DNA of 64,000 nucleotides from Opitutia bacterium (lineage in GTDB: Bacteria; Verrucomicrobiota; Verrucomicrobiia; Opitutales; UBA953). Positions 18,740 to 28,300 of the stretch are shown here, piece after piece (positions within the stretch are counted from its first letter, which is position 1; each line of letters begins with the position of its first letter). Below the pieces are notes generated by a model. The model was given only the letters and a program-made list of their open reading frames with translations, was not told where the DNA came from and ran no database searches. Made by a program: the position numbers and the translations under genes. The stretch is from assembly GCA_947378905.1 (NCBI GenBank), contig CANCLV010000001.1, forward strand, positions 8,556 through 72,555, in the 5' to 3' direction.

Positions 18740-20123
18740 TTCAAAATCCATTTTCATAAAAGAATCCACACTCACGAGTGCTGATGGTGATCAACGTCAG
18801 TTTATTCGTACGGCGCTGGGTGGATATTACAAAAACAGAGATTTGTATAAAGCCAAGTATCGTGACTGGGAACTGGCTCGCGATGCTGCTTCGCTCGCTA
18901 AATGGTCGGCCGTTAATAATTTAGCCGAAGTCTTAGAAAAGTTTGTTGCCAAGTTTGAATCCAATGGTGGCAAGGTTCACTGGGCTCGCGATGCCGCTGA
19001 AGCTCGTCAAATTATTTTAGATTTAGTAGCCAAAGCGAATGCCAAGGCCGTGATTAAATCGAAGTGTATGACCACGGAAGAGATTCATCTTAACGATGCT
19101 CTCGAGAAAGCTGGTTATGGTGTCGTGGAGAGTGATTTGGGTGAGTTCATCCAGCAATTACGGGGTGAAGCTCCCTACCACTTCGTCTTCCCCTGTATGC
19201 ATTTAAAGCGTGAGGCGATTAGCGAATTATTTACGAAACATCTCGGGACTGCGCCGACGGATAGTCCAGAAGAACTCACGATGATTGCACGTAGGCATCT
19301 ACGTAAACTTTATATCACAGCCGATGTGGGTATCACCGGTGCGAATTTCTTAGTCGCTGATACTGGTCAAATTTCAATTACCGAAAATGAAGGTAATGCC
19401 CGTTTAACGGCGGCGATGCCCCGAGTACATATTGCACTGTCGGGAATCGAAAAAGTAATTAATTCAATCGATGATCTCTCGGTCTTGTTGCCGATGTTAG
19501 CAACGGCGGGTGCCGGTCAACCAATGACCTGTTACAATACACTCTACGCTGGTCCTAAAAAACCAGGTGAGCGTGATGGGCCAGAAGAGTTTCATTTAGT
19601 CTTATTAGATAACGCCCGCACTCAATTACTAGCAGATCCAGAGCAACGTGATGCGCTTCACTGCATTCGTTGTGGTGCCTGTCTCAATGTGTGTCCCATT
19701 TTTAAAAATATTGGTGGGCATGCTTACGGCACAACTTACCAAGGGCCTATTGGCTCTGTCATTACACCTCATTTACGGGGTCTTAAGGATTGGAATCACC
19801 TTTCGGGTGCTTCTTCACTCTGTGGTGCATGTACAGAGGCATGCCCCGTGCGCATTGATTTGCATCATCACTTACTGCAAAACCGTCGTAATGCCGCGAA
19901 GGTCGTACCTAATTTATTCGACCGAGTTTTTCATGGTGGATTCAATTTTGTCATTAAACGTCCGGCACTCTTTTCTTTTGGTGGAAAAGTATTTCGAAAA
20001 ACATTTGGATTATTAAAACACCTACCCATTCCTTATTTAGGTACATGGCTCAAGTCGCGTGACTTACCTGCGATTCCTGCAAAATCATTTAGAGAACAAT
20101 GGAAGGATATTAAAAATGTCTGA
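18732..20123 (+). CDS. lutB: L-lactate utilisation protein LutB (4Fe-4S, LUD domain)
   Basis: Two ferredoxin-type clusters (CIRCGACLNVCP and CGACTEACP) plus a LUD domain. The ATGTCTGA junction overlaps lutA. Confidence 0.9.
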   Translation: MSDSKSIFIKESTLTSADGDQRQFIRTALGGYYKNRDLYKAKYRDWELARDAASLAKWSAVNNLAEVLEKFVAKFESNGGKVHWARDAAEARQIILDLVAKANAKAVIKSKCMTTEEIHLNDALEKAGYGVVESDLGEFIQQLRGEAPYHFVFPCMHLKREAISELFTKHLGTAPTDSPEELTMIARRHLRKLYITADVGITGANFLVADTGQISITENEGNARLTAAMPRVHIALSGIEKVINSIDDLSVLLPMLATAGAGQPMTCYNTLYAGPKKPGERDGPEEFHLVLLDNARTQLLADPEQRDALHCIRCGACLNVCPIFKNIGGHAYGTTYQGPIGSVITPHLRGLKDWNHLSGASSLCGACTEACPVRIDLHHHLLQNRRNAAKVVPNLFDRVFHGGFNFVIKRPALFSFGGKVFRKTFGLLKHLPIPYLGTWLKSRDLPAIPAKSFREQWKDIKNV

Positions 20124-20784
20124 AGCACGCAAAGAAATCATGGGACGGATTCGTGAGGCTCTTAAAATGCCTTCACCTAAACCGCATTTGAAGGGCGAAT
20201 CCGCCAAGGTTACGGGCAAAGCTTGGTTGCCTGAGGTGGGTGATACTCAGGCGGAAACCATGGCGCTACTTTCCGATAATTTAGCCAAATTAAAGGCGCA
20301 CTTTCACCCTGTTAAAAATTTAGATCAAGCGATTTCCTTGGTGAAAGATTTAGCACAAAAGAAGAACTGGAAGAACATTGCCTATCATAAGAATGAATTA
20401 GTGACGCCCGTGGCTCAAGCCATTGAGGGTAACGCTTGGGCTGTAGAGGACGCATTTACGAAAGACAAACTCGAGGCAAGCGATGTCGGGTTAACCTCCT
20501 GTGTGTCCATTGTAGCTCAGTTTGGAGCTATCCTGGTCTCAAGTGAGACATCGGGAGGTCGTGGATTATCTATTTTGCCACCTGTGCACGTCGTTATTGC
20601 TAAGGCCGACCAAGTTGTACCCGATTTAGCTGCCTGTTTTGAACAAATTAATCTTCAATTTGGAGGCAAAATGCCGAGTATGCTCTCTTTTATCACTGGT
20701 CCTAGTCGTACGGGTGATATCGAGCGCATCTTGGTTCTAGGTGCCCACGGTCCGAAAGAATTATACCTAATATTAATCGGATAA
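20116..20784 (+). CDS. lutC: L-lactate utilisation protein LutC (LUD domain)
   Basis: The start is set at ATG 20116 (MSEARKEIMGRIREAL), which overlaps the lutB stop as ATGTCTGA. The LUD-family C-terminus is ITGPSRTGDIE. Confidence 0.85.
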   Translation: MSEARKEIMGRIREALKMPSPKPHLKGESAKVTGKAWLPEVGDTQAETMALLSDNLAKLKAHFHPVKNLDQAISLVKDLAQKKNWKNIAYHKNELVTPVAQAIEGNAWAVEDAFTKDKLEASDVGLTSCVSIVAQFGAILVSSETSGGRGLSILPPVHVVIAKADQVVPDLAACFEQINLQFGGKMPSMLSFITGPSRTGDIERILVLGAHGPKELYLILIG

Positions 20785-20886
20785 ATCTTCAGGGTCGGTA
20801 TTTAATTTTTGTGGTTCGAAATACGTCAAATAGTTGTGATGTGGCATTGACACTAAGGTGCTTGTCATCAAATCAGACTGTTCCGC

Positions 20887-22656
20887 ATGCAGAATTTCTC
20901 AAGTCAGTGCCTAGATCAAACTAGGGCTCTTCTGAAAATTAACCTCAGTTCGATTACGCCGGACGGGTCTATACAGCCCGTGGCTGGTGAAACGAGCCGA
21001 GCTGACGAGCCGGGCCACGTTGCTCTTGCTCTCGGTGAGTATTTTCGTGCTACAGGTGACCTCGTTTTCGAGCGCCAAAGCATCCCTGAATTAGTTGCCC
21101 GCACCATTACCGCTCAGGTTAAACTCTCACAAGGGTCTGACAATGGGATGGCCTTTGCCTGTTTGGGACTTTTGGCCTTTGGTTCTACGCGTGAGCGCAA
21201 TCCAGTTTGGGAAATTCTAAGCGCTGATATCAGAAAATTAATCGATGAACGCCTCGCGGTGTCACACGACCACTTTGATCACGTACAGGCTTTTGATATC
21301 GCTAAGGCCGTGTGTAGGTTTTCTTTTGGTCTCTCGAAAAAAGACGAAACGGGCGCGTTAGTGGACCGATTTATCGAACGTATCACTGCTGCCTCGACTG
21401 GAGGATTTCATGATGATGCTTCTAAGCAGGCTAATGCGGATAACTTCGGCGGTGCATTTGATCTCTACGGTGTAGTCGCCCTCGTATTTATTCGTCAGGC
21501 ATTGCAATTACATGCCAATAGCCAAGTGCGAGATGCTAAGCTGCCCAAGCTGCGCACGGTGGCAGAAAAATATTTACGTATTATTTTAGAAACCGTGCGA
21601 GAAGATGGTTTAGGTTGGTCGTATGGTCGCGGTATCGGTGCTTATGCACAGATGCATTGCGTAACACTCATCTTACAGGCCTTGCGCGATCGTTGGGTCT
21701 CTTCGGAGAAAGAACCTCTCGCCCGCGATTTAGTTCGTCGTCTGTACACTCATTTCTTCACGACGTTCTTCGACATGGAACATGGTTCGATTGTGATTCG
21801 CGACGTCGAGCGTGATACTATCCCGGGTCACACCACACGGATGGCGAATTTTGACGCTGCACGCTACCTCTCACAGTGGTCCAGATTGGCGAAAACTATC
21901 GGTGGTAATATGAATTTATTCCAAGGGAATAAGGGTTTGGTATGCCGATTTTATTCCTTCGATAAAACTCCCAGAAAAGAACAAGGCCTCTTGTCTTATG
22001 CTGACGCTGATTCGGGTTTAAATATTATAATTCCAATTGTTTCACAAGGCTCGCACAAGTTCTGCGATTCCCTTTCCTTCCCTCACATGCCTGGGGTGTT
22101 CGATTGGCCAAGTAATTTCTACACCACCCCTTTTCTCCCTGAGTACACCATTGCAGGCAAAAAATATACGCCCTCTTTCTACGGTAAGAACATGCAAGTA
22201 GTTATGGGAACAAAAGCTGGAACCTATCACTTTAGATATGAGCAGCCTGATTTAATTGATCACACTGAAAAACTTTCCAGTGGCATAGCCTCGATGAAAG
22301 TAGACTGGGAATTTACCGGTGGAAAAATTACTGGTCGATTCACCTTAACGCCAAAAGTAGCCATCGTGCTGGAGAACTTCCGTTTTGTTCTCCCCATTGC
22401 CGCCCTGCATTCGCGAATGATTTCCGCTGGTGCGTTAATGCTCGGACAAGAATCGCATCGCTGTGAAGTTCTACGTGATGATTTTCATGGTGAGTGGTTG
22501 GACACTAAAGTCGTTAGCGATGACCCTAAGCATAAGAGTTTGTTTGGAAAAATTCATTATTACCAAATCTTAGAACGCGATAAGTCGCAGAGTCTGCGCC
22601 CAGGAATCGGCTACAATTTCGAAGTAGTGCTCCTGCCTGATGTTGTCCGCCTGTAG
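20887..22656 (+). CDS. Hypothetical cytoplasmic protein, 589 aa, no recognised family
   Basis: Long uninterrupted ORF with no signal peptide or TM segment. The N-terminal ~330 aa look helix-rich and the C-terminal ~250 aa beta-rich. I recognise no catalytic motif. Confidence 0.7.
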   Translation: MQNFSSQCLDQTRALLKINLSSITPDGSIQPVAGETSRADEPGHVALALGEYFRATGDLVFERQSIPELVARTITAQVKLSQGSDNGMAFACLGLLAFGSTRERNPVWEILSADIRKLIDERLAVSHDHFDHVQAFDIAKAVCRFSFGLSKKDETGALVDRFIERITAASTGGFHDDASKQANADNFGGAFDLYGVVALVFIRQALQLHANSQVRDAKLPKLRTVAEKYLRIILETVREDGLGWSYGRGIGAYAQMHCVTLILQALRDRWVSSEKEPLARDLVRRLYTHFFTTFFDMEHGSIVIRDVERDTIPGHTTRMANFDAARYLSQWSRLAKTIGGNMNLFQGNKGLVCRFYSFDKTPRKEQGLLSYADADSGLNIIIPIVSQGSHKFCDSLSFPHMPGVFDWPSNFYTTPFLPEYTIAGKKYTPSFYGKNMQVVMGTKAGTYHFRYEQPDLIDHTEKLSSGIASMKVDWEFTGGKITGRFTLTPKVAIVLENFRFVLPIAALHSRMISAGALMLGQESHRCEVLRDDFHGEWLDTKVVSDDPKHKSLFGKIHYYQILERDKSQSLRPGIGYNFEVVLLPDVVRL

Positions 22657-22751
22657 CCCGTTTCGAGGTCTCATAGGCTGGTCATTATCTCCTTGAGAGC
22701 CTTTCAAGGATTGTCAGTCCTATTTGAGTCCACTAACTATCGTCTCGTCCC

Positions 22752-24293
22752 ATGTCGCGACCCTTTTACATCACCACAGCTATTGATTATGCGAATGGCG
22801 CACCCCACCTCGGCCATGCGTATGAGAAGGTCTTAGCCGATGTTATTTCCCGCCACCAGAGAATGCTGGGTTACCAAGTTCATTTTCTGACCGGCCTAGA
22901 TGAGCATGGACAAAAGGTTCAACAGACGGCGCAGAAGCGTGAAGTAAATCCTCAGGTATTCGTAGACGAAATCGCTGAAATTTTTAAAGGAATGCTTAAG
23001 TCGTTAAACATATCTAACGACGACTACATTCGAACTACGGAGTCTCGACACAAGTCGGTGGTTCAAAGTTTCTTACAAAAATTATATGACCAAGGTCTAA
23101 TCTATTTAGGAAAAAAGACCGATTGGTATTCGACTCGCCAAGAGCAGTTTCTGACCGACAAGGATCGCAATCCCGACGGTTCCTGGCCCGAGATTTACGG
23201 TGAAGTTACGCAAACCACCGAAGAAAACTATTATTTCAAATTATCACAGTATCAACCTTGGCTGATTGAGCATATTAAGAGTCATCCCGATTTTATAAAT
23301 CCATCTTTCCGTGCTAAACAAGTACTCGAGTTCCTCAAAGAACCTCTCAACGATTTATGTATTTCACGTCCTAAGTCTCGTCTGACCTGGGGAATCGAGC
23401 TGCCCTTCGATAACAACTTCGTAACTTATGTTTGGTTTGATGCGCTGACTAATTACTACTCGGCTGTAGCAGATAAAAATCTCTGGCCTGCAGACGTTCA
23501 TGTGATTGGTAAGGACATTTTATCGCCACCTCACGCGGTTTATTGGCCATGTATGCTGAAGGCTCTCAATATCGATCCACCGAAGCAGTTACTTGTGCAC
23601 GGTTGGTGGACGGTGGACAATAAGAAGGCATCCAAGAGTGAGGGTAATGCTAATGACACTTTAAACTTAATTCAATCCCACGGCGCTGATGCTTTTCGCT
23701 ATTATTTAAGTCGGGAGATGGTCGTTGGACAAGATGCCGACTTCTCGCATAAAACTTTTGGTGAACGCTACAAGGCAGACTTGGCTAATAATCTCGGTAA
23801 TCTTGTGAATCGTCTTCTCAACATGGTCGGACGAAATTATTCGGGAAGTATTCCAGCTCCTAGTGCCGATGAGGATTTGGAAAAGTCCATTCGTGAGTTA
23901 TGGTCGGTAACTCAGAAAAAATACTTTGACGCATTTGCCTGTTACCAAATCAGTCACGCACTTGAGTCGCTTTGGGTCTTCGTCAGTGCGATGAATGCTT
24001 TCATTGAAACTCGCGCACCTTGGAAATTAGCTAAGTCGACCGATCCTCAGGACAAGGCACGTCTCGATTCATGTCTCGCGTATGTTGCTGAAGGTTTGCG
24101 ATTAGTGGGAACTGTTTTATTGCCGGTGATGCCCGAGTCTGCGGCTAAACTTTTAGTAAATATTGGTCAGCCAGTGCCCGCCAGCTTTGACGGCCAACTC
24201 AGTTGGTCGACTGTTTGTACGGGTCGAAAAGTGTCCGAAAAATGCATACTTTTCCCACAAATTGAAGATTCTACATCGGGAGTGAAGGCATAG
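22752..24293 (+). CDS. metG: Methionine--tRNA ligase (short form)
   Basis: ITTAIDYANGAPHLGHAYEKV (HIGH-type region), a KMSKS loop present as KASKS, and an anticodon-binding helical domain. No C-terminal tRNA-binding appendix. Confidence 0.95.
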   Translation: MSRPFYITTAIDYANGAPHLGHAYEKVLADVISRHQRMLGYQVHFLTGLDEHGQKVQQTAQKREVNPQVFVDEIAEIFKGMLKSLNISNDDYIRTTESRHKSVVQSFLQKLYDQGLIYLGKKTDWYSTRQEQFLTDKDRNPDGSWPEIYGEVTQTTEENYYFKLSQYQPWLIEHIKSHPDFINPSFRAKQVLEFLKEPLNDLCISRPKSRLTWGIELPFDNNFVTYVWFDALTNYYSAVADKNLWPADVHVIGKDILSPPHAVYWPCMLKALNIDPPKQLLVHGWWTVDNKKASKSEGNANDTLNLIQSHGADAFRYYLSREMVVGQDADFSHKTFGERYKADLANNLGNLVNRLLNMVGRNYSGSIPAPSADEDLEKSIRELWSVTQKKYFDAFACYQISHALESLWVFVSAMNAFIETRAPWKLAKSTDPQDKARLDSCLAYVAEGLRLVGTVLLPVMPESAAKLLVNIGQPVPASFDGQLSWSTVCTGRKVSEKCILFPQIEDSTSGVKA

Positions 24294-24320
24294 TTAGACA
24301 ATTTTGTTTTATTCTCTACT

Positions 24321-25670
24321 GTGGGCTCGGTGGTTAATCCAACTTCCAGTGAATTAAGCAATCCGCTGCAGGCTGCAGAAAGAGCTTCGGCAGGCGTAGG
24401 CTATCTTTCACTCTCGTTTCAGGTCTCCGAACTAGATCCTTTGGCTGTATTAGAGACGCTGAATGTAACAGGTCCACGTAGTTATTTCGAAAACCCCTCC
24501 CTGCATCAAGCTCATGCATCGGGACCGCCCCTAGTTGAGTGGAAAGGTCGCGGTAAGAATCGGTTTAGTGATGCGGATCTTTGGTTAAGAAAACTCAATT
24601 TGAGTATTCAAGCTATTGGCCCACTGCCACGTGTTATCGCAAGTTTCCCCTTTTATCCTGGTGATGATAAAAACGATTTAGATTCACACTTATTTCTACC
24701 CACTTGGCAGGTTGTGACAGATAGTGGTGTGACTACGATTACACTTTGTGCAAAGGCGGCACCAGGCTGTGCTGATAAGTTATTAAAACAAGCCGAGCAG
24801 TTTCGCGGTTTCACTTATCAGGCCAATCCCCTGCCCATCCCTCAACGTCCCGCGACGGTTTTAAGTGAAGTGGGTGGTGCGTGGTTCCCTTCGGCGGTAA
24901 AACGTGCGACTGAACTGATTAAGGAAGGGGCCTTTGAAAAGATTGTATTAACTCGGGCATTCGATTGGCGAAAACCCGAAAACTTTAATGTATTCGGTAC
25001 ATTACATCGCCTCCGTAGAGCCAATCCCAACTGTAATATTTTCCTTATTAACGAAGCTGAGGCTTCACTTGTCGGTGCTTCTCCTGAGACTTTGATTGCA
25101 TTATCGGAATCTAATCTAAAGACCGAGGCTGTGGCGGGCACTACCCGTCGAGGTGACTCAGCGTCCGAAGATGCAAGCCTAGCGAAAGCACTCTTAGCGA
25201 GTGATAAAGATCAGCGCGAGCATTCGGCGGTAACAGCTTCGATTTTACGCCGGCTTAAAATGGTAGGTGTGGTCGGTGCTGCTGCCCATCTTCCAGAATT
25301 ATTGCGCTTAGGTAATGTAATGCACATCCGTACGCCAGTCATAGGCAAGTTATCCGCGGACCGTACTTTCTTAGAGGTGGCTGGTGAATTGCATCCGACG
25401 CCAGCGGTGGGCGGCAAGCCGCGCGATTTAGCACTTCCCTTCATACCTGGATTCGAACCGCACTTGCGTGGACTTTATACGGGAGCTGTGGGTTGGATTC
25501 AGTCCGACGGTAAAAAAGGAAATCTGTATGTCGCGCTACGTTGTGCGCGTATTTTAGGCAACACGGCACGCGTTTATGCAGGTGCAGGTATTGTGGCGGG
25601 ATCGGACCCAACACTGGAAAGCGTCGAAACGGAAATGAAATTAAAGACTATTTTAGATTCACTGATTTAA
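24321..25670 (+). CDS. menF: Isochorismate synthase
   Basis: GTG start. Chorismate-binding domain motifs: HPTPAVGG, GLYTGAVGW, ALRCA and GAGIVAGSDP. No anthranilate or PABA partner gene is adjacent. Confidence 0.75.
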   Translation: MGSVVNPTSSELSNPLQAAERASAGVGYLSLSFQVSELDPLAVLETLNVTGPRSYFENPSLHQAHASGPPLVEWKGRGKNRFSDADLWLRKLNLSIQAIGPLPRVIASFPFYPGDDKNDLDSHLFLPTWQVVTDSGVTTITLCAKAAPGCADKLLKQAEQFRGFTYQANPLPIPQRPATVLSEVGGAWFPSAVKRATELIKEGAFEKIVLTRAFDWRKPENFNVFGTLHRLRRANPNCNIFLINEAEASLVGASPETLIALSESNLKTEAVAGTTRRGDSASEDASLAKALLASDKDQREHSAVTASILRRLKMVGVVGAAAHLPELLRLGNVMHIRTPVIGKLSADRTFLEVAGELHPTPAVGGKPRDLALPFIPGFEPHLRGLYTGAVGWIQSDGKKGNLYVALRCARILGNTARVYAGAGIVAGSDPTLESVETEMKLKTILDSLI

Positions 25671-26108
25671 ATGAAAATCGTTGTGCAACGAGTGCTCTCG
25701 GCCTCCGTTTCGATTGACCATAAAATCGTTTCAGAAATTAAAAAAGGTTATCTATTACTGGTCGGCGTAGGTCCTGGCGATACGACTGATGATGTGCAAA
25801 GACTCGTAAGCTCCGTTTTGAAAATGAGAATATTTCCTGATACTGAAGGTAAGATGCAGTATTCTATTGGCGAGATTCACGGAGAAATTTTGGTGGTGAG
25901 TCAATTTACGCTCCTGGCTAATTTCGCAAAAGGTAATCGACCCTCTTTCCATGATGCGGCGAAGCCTGAGGTGGCTAAACCATTATTTGAAGCTTTCGTA
26001 GAAGGCCTTAGACTGCAATTAGGACCGAAGATTTCGACCGGAGTTTTTGGTGCGGATATGCAAGTTTCACTCTGCAACGACGGGCCTGTGACAATTATTC
26101 TGGAATAA
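25671..26108 (+). CDS. dtd: D-aminoacyl-tRNA deacylase
   Basis: MKIVVQRV..., SQFTLLA and a GPVTIILE C-terminus. Length 145 aa. Confidence 0.95.
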   Translation: MKIVVQRVLSASVSIDHKIVSEIKKGYLLLVGVGPGDTTDDVQRLVSSVLKMRIFPDTEGKMQYSIGEIHGEILVVSQFTLLANFAKGNRPSFHDAAKPEVAKPLFEAFVEGLRLQLGPKISTGVFGADMQVSLCNDGPVTIILE

Positions 26109-26160
26109 TTAGTTTGGAATTTCTTTGCTAGTTAGGTTTTTTTATTAAAGTTAAATAGGT

Positions 26161-26919
26161 ATGCTTTCTGTCAGAATTATACCCTGTCTCGATGTCCATG
26201 ATGGACGTGTCGTGAAAGGTATTAAATTCCAAGAGTTACGCGACGCAGGTGATCCCGTTGCGGTCGCCGCGGCTTATGAAGCACAGGGTGCAGACGAATT
26301 AGTTTTTCTCGATATTACAGCTTCAAGTGATGGCCGTAAGACCATGGTCGATGTGGTTGAACGTACGGCCGACCAAGTTTTCATGCCATTAACTGTGGGT
26401 GGAGGTTTACGCACCATCGAAGATATCCGAACCATGCTTAATGCAGGTGCTGATAAGGTATCATTAAATACCTCGGCTGTTCAGAATCCCGAATTGATAC
26501 TACAAGCGTCAAAGAAATTTGGTAGTCAGTGTATCGTAGTTGCCATCGACGCAAAACGTGTGGGTAAAGATCGCTGGGAAGTTTTCACACACGGTGGCAG
26601 AAATTCTACGGGCATGGATGTACTAACTTGGGCGAAAAAAATTCAAGATTATGGTGCTGGTGAAATTTTGCTAACCAGCATGGATGCCGACGGTACGGCT
26701 GCGGGATATGATATTCCCCTTTGCCTGCGTGTGGCTGAAATGGTTGAATTGCCTGTGATTGCCTCAGGTGGTGCTGGTAAATTAGAACACTTGGCAGACG
26801 TGGTTAAAAATGGTCGTGCGAGTGCTGTCTTGGCAGCCAGTATTTTCCACTTTGGTACCTACACCGTTCGCCAGGCTAAAGAATATTTAAAGTCACAGGG
26901 CTTACCTGTACGACTTTAA
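26161..26919 (+). CDS. hisF: Imidazole glycerol phosphate synthase cyclase subunit
   Basis: [30 protein letters not shown] and ASGGAG motifs. Length 252 aa. Solitary, with no hisH or hisA nearby. Confidence 0.97.
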   Translation: MLSVRIIPCLDVHDGRVVKGIKFQELRDAGDPVAVAAAYEAQGADELVFLDITASSDGRKTMVDVVERTADQVFMPLTVGGGLRTIEDIRTMLNAGADKVSLNTSAVQNPELILQASKKFGSQCIVVAIDAKRVGKDRWEVFTHGGRNSTGMDVLTWAKKIQDYGAGEILLTSMDADGTAAGYDIPLCLRVAEMVELPVIASGGAGKLEHLADVVKNGRASAVLAASIFHFGTYTVRQAKEYLKSQGLPVRL

Positions 26920-28220
26920 TTCTTAAGTTTAGGCATCACTAGTACTTTGTCTAAACGATGGCCGTCCATGTCCATCACTTCGAAGATGTGGCCTAAGCAC
27001 TCTACGCGATCACCTTCGACGGGAATCCGTCCAAGTTTGCGCATAATAAATCCAGAGATGGTGGTAAATCTACGCGAGCCCTCATCGGTGAATTTTCCTT
27101 TTATTCCAGTAGCTTCTCTAAAGTCATCGAGTGAAACAATCGCATCGATAATCCAACTTCCATCATCGCGTTTGCGGACTGGTTTATTTTGGGCGATAGC
27201 AGCACCCTCGTTGGGCAGTTCGCCCATTACCGATTCCAGTACGTCATTTAAAGTAACGACTCCGCGTACTTGCCCGAACTCATCTACAACGAGTGTTAAA
27301 TGAATCTTATCTTTTCTGAAACGAGCAAGGAGTTGAGTGCCCGTAATGCTAAGGTTCACGGTAGGAGCCTCGGTCAGAAGATCTTTAATTTCAGCAGTAC
27401 CAACTAATGATAAATTAGCCCATAAACGTTTGACGGAAACGACACCTAGAGGTCGGTCTGCCGATTCACGGAAAACAGGAAACCAGGTGTGACCGGAGGC
27501 TACGATTTTACGCCAATTGATTTCTTCGGGATCATTTAAATTCAACCAGACAACTCGGCTACTGGGTGTCATCAACTGTTCGGCTGTGATTAAATCGAGA
27601 GACAGTGCGCCGTGTACCATTCGATGTTCTGAGGCATGGAGTACGCCTGAAGCCATACCTTGGTCGACCATCATACGTAACTCATCTTCGGATACGTTAT
27701 CTTCCTGAGTGCGGCGACGTCCAAACATGAGCAGCACTAAATCGGCGCAACCACTTAAAAGTATTACCAAGGGCGACGCTAACGTTGCGACCCATGCCAT
27801 CGGCCGTGCCAATGCCGACGCAATCGATTCAGGTTTAATTAACGCTAAACGTTTCGGTACGATTTCCGCAAAGACAACCGTGATTGCACCAATCATGAAT
27901 GAGACGAGACCTTCAGCTAGGACCTGGCTGTGTTCACTTCCCCACTTCCAAGATAATTGGGATAACCATGGACTTAACTTTTCGGCAAGAGGATGACCTC
28001 CGTATATGGCAGCGATGATTCCTCCGAAGGTCATACCAATCTGAACCGTTGAAAGGAATTTATTTGGATCTGTAATTAAGCTCAGCGCTTTCTGGGCGCC
28101 GGAATCTCCGTTTTCAGCTAATTTTGCGAGACGTCTACGGTTAGATGACACCAATGCCATTTCTGCCATTACGAAAAAAGCCGTAATTAGTACGCAAATG
28201 CCGATGAGAATGTATTCCAC
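26916..28220 (-). CDS. CNNM/TlyC-family hemolysin-like membrane protein (DUF21 + CBS pair + CorC_HlyC)
   Basis: Four N-terminal TM segments (DUF21), a central CBS pair region, and a C-terminal transporter-associated domain ([24 protein letters not shown]). Confidence 0.9.
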   Translation of the reverse strand: MEYILIGICVLITAFFVMAEMALVSSNRRRLAKLAENGDSGAQKALSLITDPNKFLSTVQIGMTFGGIIAAIYGGHPLAEKLSPWLSQLSWKWGSEHSQVLAEGLVSFMIGAITVVFAEIVPKRLALIKPESIASALARPMAWVATLASPLVILLSGCADLVLLMFGRRRTQEDNVSEDELRMMVDQGMASGVLHASEHRMVHGALSLDLITAEQLMTPSSRVVWLNLNDPEEINWRKIVASGHTWFPVFRESADRPLGVVSVKRLWANLSLVGTAEIKDLLTEAPTVNLSITGTQLLARFRKDKIHLTLVVDEFGQVRGVVTLNDVLESVMGELPNEGAAIAQNKPVRKRDDGSWIIDAIVSLDDFREATGIKGKFTDEGSRRFTTISGFIMRKLGRIPVEGDRVECLGHIFEVMDMDGHRLDKVLVMPKLKN

Positions 28221-28264
28221 AAGGTCGATTAAATGAAGATTGTCGCCATTTCGTCAAATCTCGC

Positions 28265-28292
28265 TTGTTGCTAGCCCAGTAAACCGTAGATT
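28265..28292 (+). promoter_or_regulatory. Candidate promoter of nadB-panE (leaderless-type spacing)
   Basis: TTGTTG (28265-28270), a 16-nt spacer, then TAGATT (28287-28292), which ends 8 nt before the ATG at 28301. Confidence 0.3.
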
Positions 28293-28300
28293 TTCAACGA

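Noticed and set aside
18732-20123. An identical ATGTCTGA start/stop overlap at both the lutA/lutB (18732-18739) and lutB/lutC (20116-20123) junctions, plus the shared TTTTTATCCATG at the HU and hisS starts.
   Set aside because: These are short strings. The lut junctions simply encode Met-Ser over a TGA stop, and 8-12-mers can recur by chance. They are noted as curiosities only; the HU/hisS case is folded into the leaderless-promoter finding.
22690-22710. The hairpin tCCTTGA-gagcctt-TCAAGGa after the 589-aa gene, considered as a terminator.
   Set aside because: It has a 7-bp AT-containing stem and no following U-tract (ttgtcag). It is too weak to call an intrinsic terminator.
23625-23639. The MetRS class I signature reads KASKS instead of KMSKS.
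   Set aside because: The second position of the KMSKS loop is variable among class I synthetases, and both lysines and the serines are retained. It is unlikely to be functionally significant.
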